From Oscillospiraceae bacterium (lineage in GTDB: Bacteria > Bacillota > Clostridia > Oscillospirales > CAG-272): a DNA stretch of 64,000 nt. Numbering within the stretch: the stretch's first letter is position 1; each line of letters starts with the position of its first letter. Under the pieces are notes generated by a model. It was not told the DNA's origin. It saw only the letters and a program-made list of their open reading frames with translations, and ran no database searches. The stretch lies in NCBI GenBank assembly GCA_015063625.1, contig SVTT01000003.1, positions 54,355-118,354 of the forward strand, given 5' to 3'. A program made the translations under genes and the position numbers. Below, one piece after another: positions 58,119 to 64,000 of the stretch.

Positions 58119-59489
58119 TTATTTGCCAACGCAGAAATGTGAAAACAGCTCGGCAATGATATCCTCGTCCACCTCTCTGCCGTTGACACCGCCCAGCGCC
58201 GACATAGCAAGCTCCGCCTCCACACACACAGCATCCAGCGAAATGCCCTCATGCAGTGCCTCAAGGGCACGGTCCAGCGCCTCCGCGGCGCGCACGAGCG
58301 CCGCGTGCTGTCTGGCATTTGCCACGATCGCATCATGGCGGATATCCAACCCCTCCTGCAAATACAGGCGCTCCACCAGCTGCTTAAGGGGCTCGATCTC
58401 CCCCGTCGCGGCGCTGATCTCCACCACATGGGAGATTGATGCGAGCAGTGTTCTGTCAAGACGAGGCGTGCGATCCTGCTTGTTGAGGACCGCCACGACC
58501 GTCCCCTCAACCTTTTTCAGGCGCTCGATCAATGTCAGCGTACCCGCATCAGCCTCCCTTGAGGCATCAAACACGGCAAGCACCAGCTCGGCGCGCCCGA
58601 TCGCTTCCTCGGCGCGGTCCACGCCGATGCGCTCAACGGCATCCTCGGTTTCGCGCAGTCCCGCCGTATCGGACAGACGCAGGGTGACCGCACCGAGGCT
58701 GACGGTTTCCGAAAGCACGTCACGCGTCGTACCCGCAACGTCGGTCACGATGGCTGCCTCGCGCCCGACCAGTGCATTATATAAGGTAGATTTCCCCGCA
58801 TTGACAGGTCCGCAGATGACGGTATCCACTCCGTTTGCCACCGCATAGCCCGTCCGCCAGGTGGCGGCAAGCGTGCGTACGTCGTGCAGCAGTGCCGAAA
58901 GCGCAAGAGAAAGCTCCTCGGTGCCCATGGAATTGAGATCCTCGTCGGGGAAATCCACCTTGGCAAAAATATCGGCAAGAATGTGGCAGGCGCGCTCGTA
59001 AAGTGCCTGGACGGCATGAGAAAGCCTGCCCTCCATGCCTGCGCGTGCCAGGGCAAGCCTGCCCTCGGTGTCGGCATCAAGCAGTGCGCCAAGCGCCTCT
59101 GCCTCAGTCAGCTGCATCTTGCCGTTCATCAGCGCTCTTGCCGTAAATTCACCGGGGCTCGCAGGCACAGCGCCAGCCTCCAGAACGGCACAAAGCACGG
59201 TCTCGGTCAGCAGTGGACCGCCATGACAGGAGATCTCTGCCACGTCCTCACCCGTAAAGGAATGGGGGGCGGCGAAAAAAAGCGCAATGCCCTCGTCAAG
59301 AACCTCTCCCGTGGGGCGTCTGATCTCGCCGAACGCGGCGTGTCGGGGATGCGCCACGGGATCTCTTCCCCGTGGGCAAAACACCCTTTGGAGAATTTCC
59401 CGCGTGCTCTCCCCCGAGATGCGGATCACGGCAATGCCGCCCTTTCCGCGCGGCGTAGATACGGCGGCAACGGTATCGATAACGCTCAT
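58119..59489 (-). CDS. mnmE: tRNA U34 modification GTPase MnmE
   Basis: GGIAVIRISG, SFTGED, GPVNAGKS, AGTTRD, DTAGLR, C-terminal FCVGK. Confidence 0.96.
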   Translation of the reverse strand: MSVIDTVAAVSTPRGKGGIAVIRISGESTREILQRVFCPRGRDPVAHPRHAAFGEIRRPTGEVLDEGIALFFAAPHSFTGEDVAEISCHGGPLLTETVLCAVLEAGAVPASPGEFTARALMNGKMQLTEAEALGALLDADTEGRLALARAGMEGRLSHAVQALYERACHILADIFAKVDFPDEDLNSMGTEELSLALSALLHDVRTLAATWRTGYAVANGVDTVICGPVNAGKSTLYNALVGREAAIVTDVAGTTRDVLSETVSLGAVTLRLSDTAGLRETEDAVERIGVDRAEEAIGRAELVLAVFDASREADAGTLTLIERLKKVEGTVVAVLNKQDRTPRLDRTLLASISHVVEISAATGEIEPLKQLVERLYLQEGLDIRHDAIVANARQHAALVRAAEALDRALEALHEGISLDAVCVEAELAMSALGGVNGREVDEDIIAELFSHFCVGK

Positions 59490-59511
59490 AAAAGCTCCTT
59501 TCAAAGGCCGG

Positions 59512-59557
59512 AAAGGGCACGGTGAACGCCGCAACGGCGCACCTCACCGTGCCCTTT
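59512..59557 (-). terminator. Hairpin/terminator between jag and mnmE
   Basis: AAAGGGCACGGTGA...TCACCGTGCCCTTT inverted repeat. Confidence 0.6.
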
Positions 59558-59561
59558 GTCA

Positions 59562-60254
59562 TTAAAATTCGCCGAACTCGTCGCGGCTGTCGCGGCGGGC
59601 GGTGCTCTCCACACCATCGGTATCGAGATACATCACGACCTTGCGGTTGTTCTCGCTGCCGATCGAGTTGGTCGAAACGCCTGCGATGTGCTGCACCTCG
59701 GAATGAATGATGCGACGCTCATAAGGATTCATGGGCTCCAGCATCACACTCTTTTTGTAGCGCAGGACCTGCTCTGCCTTCTTGCGGGCAAGCACGCGCA
59801 ATGCCTCCTCGCGCTTGGCGCGGTAGTTCTCCACGTCAACGGTGATGCGGCAGAAGTCGCGCTTCTCGCCTGCCACCTTCTTGTTGGCGGCAAGGTTGGC
59901 AAGGTACTGGAGCGAATCCAGCGTATCGCCGTGGTGACCGATCAGCACGCCCACGTCCTTGCCCTCAACACGGATCAGCTTGTTTTCATCATCGCTCTCC
60001 ACCAGCGTCACGGTCGCCTCAAGGCCCATGCCCTTCACCAGATCCTTGATGAAGTCTACGGCAACGGCAGCACCCTTCTTGTGATAGACCGCAGAGATCT
60101 TTGCAGGAACGGCACCAAAGCCGAGGAAGCCCTTCTTCGGCTCCTCCAGAACGGTATATTCAATGGCAGAGGCGTCGGGAGCGCCAAGCTCGGCAACCGC
60201 CTTGGCAACGGCATCCTCCACGGTTTTCGCGGTTACGGTAATTTCCTTTTTCAC
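59562..60254 (-). CDS. jag: Jag/EloR (KhpB) RNA-binding protein
   Basis: Jag_N (KTVEDAV, KGFLGFG), KH (LIGHHGDTL), R3H (ERRIIH). Confidence 0.94.
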   Translation of the reverse strand: MKKEITVTAKTVEDAVAKAVAELGAPDASAIEYTVLEEPKKGFLGFGAVPAKISAVYHKKGAAVAVDFIKDLVKGMGLEATVTLVESDDENKLIRVEGKDVGVLIGHHGDTLDSLQYLANLAANKKVAGEKRDFCRITVDVENYRAKREEALRVLARKKAEQVLRYKKSVMLEPMNPYERRIIHSEVQHIAGVSTNSIGSENNRKVVMYLDTDGVESTARRDSRDEFGEF

Positions 60255-60264
60255 TGTCTTATCC

Positions 60265-61863
60265 TCACTTTTTCTCGTCGTCCTTGCGATCGTCCTTCAT
60301 GGGCGCGCGCATATCGTTCTTCTTTTCCTCCTGCCCGGCAGGCTGCTCGCTCTTCGCGGGATCCTCCTTCTTCTCGGGCACGGAGGGGGGCAACGGCTCA
60401 TCGTCATCATCGATATGATGGAGCGATCTTACCTTTTTGCCACTCGGCGAGGTGCGCTCACCGGCAGGCTTTTTCTCATGCTTGGTCTTGCCCTTCAGCT
60501 CACGCTCTGCCGCCTTATAATCCTCCTCGGTGAAGGTGGGAAGCGGCATTGCCTTGTGAATAACAAACTGCTTTACAGTGGAGATGATGCACTTGAAGAT
60601 CCAGTAGATACCGACCGCAGCAGGCACGATGAAGGTGATATACACGCTCATCAGGGGCATGGTGATGTCCATCATGTTGTTGGAGCAGCCCATCTGAGGA
60701 TCGGTGGTCACAGGCTGATAGGTGAACTTGCGGGTCAGCTTCATGCTGGCGAAATAGAAGGCAAAGGTCAGCACAGGGATCAGCAAAAGCACAAAGGGCT
60801 GACGGAAGCCGGGAATGATGCCCATATTAAGACCGAAAAGGTTAAAGTTCAGCTCGGGCAGATTGTTGAGCGCGTTGAAGCACTCCTCACGGTTGGCAAA
60901 GAAGGCAAAATTACGAAGTCCCTCCAGCTGACCGCCGCCGAGCTGAGAAAGCAGCTCGATGGTGCCCTTGCCCGTACCGAGCTCAAGACCCAGACCGCCT
61001 GCGGCGCGCGCCGCAGTGCAATAGGTGGAAAGCGCGGAGGAAAGGCTTTCGGCAAGACCCAGCACATAGCGGAGCGGATCGATCACGATATTATACAGCG
61101 CGATCACGATGGGCATCTGGATAAGCAAGGGCAAGCAACCGCCCATGGGATTATAGCCCTCATCCTGATAGAGCTTCTGGATCTCCTGGTTCATCTTCTG
61201 CATGGTGACCTGATCGTTTCTGCCCTTATACTTGTTGCGGATCGCCATTTCCTTGGGACGCAGCCTTGCCTGCTTTCGCGAATTCTTCTGCTGTCTGATA
61301 CCAAAGGGAAGCATCAGGAGCTCGACCACGATGGCAAAGAAGAACAGACCAAGCACGTAAAGACCGCCCGTCATCTTGGTCAGAAGCTGCACGAACTTGC
61401 CGATCAGCACAAGCAGCGTATCGATGGGGCCGTTATCAACGGTCAGATCCACGACCTCCGCCATACGGGTCACGATACCCGTTACCTGCTCGGCAGTCAA
61501 TGCATTGTAGAATTCATCAAATTTCAAAATAGAGGGGTCGTCAGCGGGCTTGACGAGCAGAAGTGCCGCCTTTGCACCCTCAAGGCTGACGCCGGAGGGG
61601 TCGGGCGCGGGCAGGTGATTGTCGTCAAAACCGGGGGCGCTCATGTTATAGCCCCGCGAGGCAGCCACAAACTTCTCGCGCGCCTCGCTGCTCTGGGGCA
61701 GGATGCGTGCAAAATAGGTTTCGGCGTCCACGTCTGCGGAGGTCCAGGAGGAGTTGATCTTTTCTTCCTGCTTTACACAGCCGGAAAAAGCGACCAGCGC
61801 CGTCATGGCAAGCAAAAGCGCCATGGCAATCGAGAGCACTCTCGACATCGTTTTCTTTTTCAT
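60265..61863 (-). CDS. yidC: Membrane protein insertase YidC/SpoIIIJ
   Basis: Lipobox [23 protein letters not shown]; conserved operon position. Confidence 0.92.
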   Translation of the reverse strand: MKKKTMSRVLSIAMALLLAMTALVAFSGCVKQEEKINSSWTSADVDAETYFARILPQSSEAREKFVAASRGYNMSAPGFDDNHLPAPDPSGVSLEGAKAALLLVKPADDPSILKFDEFYNALTAEQVTGIVTRMAEVVDLTVDNGPIDTLLVLIGKFVQLLTKMTGGLYVLGLFFFAIVVELLMLPFGIRQQKNSRKQARLRPKEMAIRNKYKGRNDQVTMQKMNQEIQKLYQDEGYNPMGGCLPLLIQMPIVIALYNIVIDPLRYVLGLAESLSSALSTYCTAARAAGGLGLELGTGKGTIELLSQLGGGQLEGLRNFAFFANREECFNALNNLPELNFNLFGLNMGIIPGFRQPFVLLLIPVLTFAFYFASMKLTRKFTYQPVTTDPQMGCSNNMMDITMPLMSVYITFIVPAAVGIYWIFKCIISTVKQFVIHKAMPLPTFTEEDYKAAERELKGKTKHEKKPAGERTSPSGKKVRSLHHIDDDDEPLPPSVPEKKEDPAKSEQPAGQEEKKNDMRAPMKDDRKDDEKK

Positions 61864-62240
61864 GGATGATTTTCCTTTCTTTCGGAGATCTCGTTCGGGG
61901 TATCCTCCCCGTTCATCTCACGATCGGACGCGATATTCTGAACGTCCTCGTCGGGACGCTCGCTGCCGTCCTCGCAGCAGTCGTTCGGTATCGGTATCAC
62001 ACGCGGACCGCGGTAACGCAGTCCCTTTTCCGGCACGGGATCGTATCCGCCCACACAGTAAGGGTTGCAGCGGAGCACACGCCACACCGTCAGGATCAGT
62101 CCCACGAAGAAGCCTCGCTTTTCAAAGGCCTCGATGGCGTAAGCCGAGCAGGTGGGGGTAAACCGACAGCACGGATTCCTCTTCAGCGGTGAGAGATACC
62201 TTCTGTAAAAGCGTATCAGCAGGATGCAAAGATGCTTCAT
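61860..62240 (-). CDS. yidD: Membrane protein insertion efficiency factor YidD
   Basis: [22 protein letters not shown]. Confidence 0.94.
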   Translation of the reverse strand: MKHLCILLIRFYRRYLSPLKRNPCCRFTPTCSAYAIEAFEKRGFFVGLILTVWRVLRCNPYCVGGYDPVPEKGLRYRGPRVIPIPNDCCEDGSERPDEDVQNIASDREMNGEDTPNEISERKENHP

Positions 62241-62623
62241 GCCTTTTTCTCTTCAAGCATGCCGAGCACGCGGAGCGCGCGGCGCATTTCCCTTTCGACC
62301 TCGGGGGTCTTCTTTCCCTTGATCTCCTCTCTTGCCACCAGCACAACAAGAAAGCCCTTTTTGATCGGCTCCCGTTGACAGATCAGACGGTAGGACTCCC
62401 GCAGCAAGCGCTTGGCACGGTTGCGGGGAACGGCGCCTCCCAGCTTTTTGCTGACCGAAAGTCCAACGCGGTTCAAATACTGCTTTTGGGGATTTGCCAG
62501 CATCAGTCGCTTTGCAGCATAGTCGCGCAGCACATAGACCGCCAGCATCCTACCCACAAAGCGCGTGCCCCTTTGAAAGGCCTTGTTGTAAAGGTGATGT
62601 TCCTTGATCGCATAATTCTTCAT
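62237..62623 (-). CDS. rnpA: Ribonuclease P protein component
   Basis: [21 protein letters not shown] (RNR motif). Confidence 0.95.
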   Translation of the reverse strand: MKNYAIKEHHLYNKAFQRGTRFVGRMLAVYVLRDYAAKRLMLANPQKQYLNRVGLSVSKKLGGAVPRNRAKRLLRESYRLICQREPIKKGFLVVLVAREEIKGKKTPEVEREMRRALRVLGMLEEKKA

Positions 62624-62679
62624 GCTTCACTGTCCTTTGCTTCCGTCAAAAAAGTTTTTGCAAAAAATGCCCCATAACG

Positions 62680-62720
62680 AAAAACGCCGATGTCCGTGGA
62701 AACGCCGCAGACATCGGTCG
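62680..62720 (-). terminator. Intrinsic terminator between rpmH and rnpA
   Basis: CCGATGTCTGCGG...CCACGGACATCGG followed by CGTTTTT on the minus strand. Confidence 0.6.
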
Positions 62721-62744
62721 GTTTTCTATGTGGGCGTATCAGAC

Positions 62745-62879
62745 TCAGTAAGTCAGTCTCTTTCTGCCTTTTGCGCGTCTTCTCTTCAGAACGTTTCTGC
62801 CGTCTGCAGTTCTCATTCTTTTTCTAAAACCGTGCTCTTTCTTTCTCTGACGCTTTTTGGGTTGGTAAGTTCTGAGCAT
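62745..62879 (-). CDS. rpmH: 50S ribosomal protein L34
   Basis: Not in the ORF track. [44 protein letters not shown]; RBS AAGGAGGTG. Confidence 0.97.
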   Translation of the reverse strand: MLRTYQPKKRQRKKEHGFRKRMRTADGRNVLKRRRAKGRKRLTY

Positions 62880-62961
62880 AGTGGCACCTCCTTCAAATTA
62901 TGGAATCGGAAGCGTGTTTTGGCAATGAGCCTCAGGAACGCTTTTTACAGTGACATCATAT

Positions 62962-62991
62962 ATTATATACACAAGTCACCGAAATTGTCAA
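62962..62991 (-). promoter_or_regulatory. Sigma-A promoter of the rpmH operon
   Basis: TTGACA-18bp-TATAAT. Confidence 0.7.
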
Positions 62992-63065
62992 GAGTTTTTT
63001 TTATTTTTGCCGTTTTTTTTCATTTTTTGAGCGAAACACAAACAAACGCCCCTCTTTTGGAGGAA

Positions 63066-64000
63066 TTATTGTGCAAGTCGCGGCATGGATGCTCCAAAGG
63101 AAAGGTCACAGAAGATGGGGCAGTGGTCCGAGCCGAGGAAGGAATATTCCTCGGTCAGCATCCCCATCGCAAGCACCTGATAGCAATTGCGCGCCGCCAT
63201 ATTGCCGTAAATATGGTCGATCGCCATGATCTCGTAGTTCCCGTTGATCGACTGGGGATCCACCCAGATCCCGCGCTCCTCACTATAGGTCGAATAGCCG
63301 TGATTGGTGCGCATGGTCAGCTTAGCACCCGAGGGAGCCGCATCATTGAGGTTGTAGAAGGGATATGCCCCTTGGTTCATTGTGGCAAGACTCACGTAAC
63401 CGTTCGCTCCGCGCGAGTTGTAGTCACCGCCGTAAAGAATCGGGATCGTGCCTGCCGCAATACCGTGCTCCGCGGCAAATGCCGCAGCGGCGGCGCCGAG
63501 CTCATCTCTTGCCGCAGCCATCTGCACGCAGCGCCCGACGTCATCCTGGAACACATTGTTCTGCCACCAAAGATGGGTCGAGCCCACCATGAAGACCTCT
63601 CCCGTCGCCTTGACACGGAAGATCGCCCAGTTGACACCCTTGGAGGAATCCCTTGCCTTTTGCTTGATCTCGGCAGGCGTGTAGCCGTAAAGAAGATCCG
63701 GATACTCGGTATAGCTGAGTGTGTCAAACTGCAAATAGCCGCATTCCAATACGTCCAGCTTATCCGCGCGGTAAAACAGTGGGGTACGGCGCTGATTTTC
63801 GCTCCCCTCGTAGCCCGGCACCACGATCTCGGTATAGAGAGGCGCCAGCATCTCGCTCATGCCTGCGGCGCGCACAGCAGGTGAATATTCCTGCAAGCCG
63901 AGCACGTCGGGCAGATACTCATAGTAAAGCTCGACCAGCATGCCAACGCGCTGTGCCACGTCACCCTCGCTGCCGCCGTAGACGTTATTGAACATCACAC
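63066..64000 (-). CDS. EEP-family (endonuclease/exonuclease/phosphatase) domain protein; N-terminus probably outside the window
   Basis: FNNVY, PDVLGLQE, STHL, GGDYN, IDHIY, SDHCP. Confidence 0.82.
   Translation of the reverse strand, partial: VMFNNVYGGSEGDVAQRVGMLVELYYEYLPDVLGLQEYSPAVRAAGMSEMLAPLYTEIVVPGYEGSENQRRTPLFYRADKLDVLECGYLQFDTLSYTEYPDLLYGYTPAEIKQKARDSSKGVNWAIFRVKATGEVFMVGSTHLWWQNNVFQDDVGRCVQMAAARDELGAAAAAFAAEHGIAAGTIPILYGGDYNSRGANGYVSLATMNQGAYPFYNLNDAAPSGAKLTMRTNHGYSTYSEERGIWVDPQSINGNYEIMAIDHIYGNMAARNCYQVLAMGMLTEEYSFLGSDHCPIFCDLSFGASMPRLAQ

Noticed and set aside
62880-63065. oriC upstream of rpmH
   Set aside because: AT-rich, but with only a single imperfect DnaA-box-like ATATACACA inside the promoter and no adjacent dnaA.
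1-64000. CRISPR arrays, tRNA/rRNA genes, IS elements, prophage or defence systems
   Set aside because: No spaced direct repeats, cloverleaf motifs, transposase/integrase or defence-domain ORFs seen by eye; tRNAscan-SE, Infernal and DefenseFinder would confirm.

Overview
A GC-rich chromosomal segment from a spore-forming Clostridia-type (Oscillospiraceae/Ruminococcaceae-like) anaerobe, made up almost entirely of core housekeeping genes. Contents in order: partial argG; an EEP phosphatase; an ABC exporter; a cca-lipase-yqgF-DUF45-fprA-rubredoxin operon; azlCD; a glycogen operon (glgBCDAP, GH13, an unknown gene and a flavodoxin/ferredoxin fusion); holB-ricT-ferredoxin-yabB-rsmI; asd; rimP-nusA-ylxR-ylxQ-infB; yybS-gdpP-rplI-dnaB-tilS-hpt-ftsH plus a CoA-activase pair; a three-gene probable sporulation cassette; murI/dusB; a spoIIQ-like M23 gene; citrate synthase; perR-rubrerythrin; and rpmH-rnpA-yidD-yidC-jag-mnmE. 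I found no rRNA, tRNA, CRISPR array, transposase or phage gene. Five genes missing from the ORF track were read by hand: argG (partial), rubredoxin, a 2[4Fe-4S] ferredoxin, rpmH and a 52-aa peptide. The best leads are the 52-aa YxxP-motif peptide ending the infB operon, a RicT with a ~250-aa disordered N-terminal extension, an uncharacterised sporulation-like cassette, an orphan pseudo-response regulator, broken rpmH/dnaA synteny and an AGA-loaded rpmH. None is proven to be a new system. All product calls come from motif recognition, not database searches.
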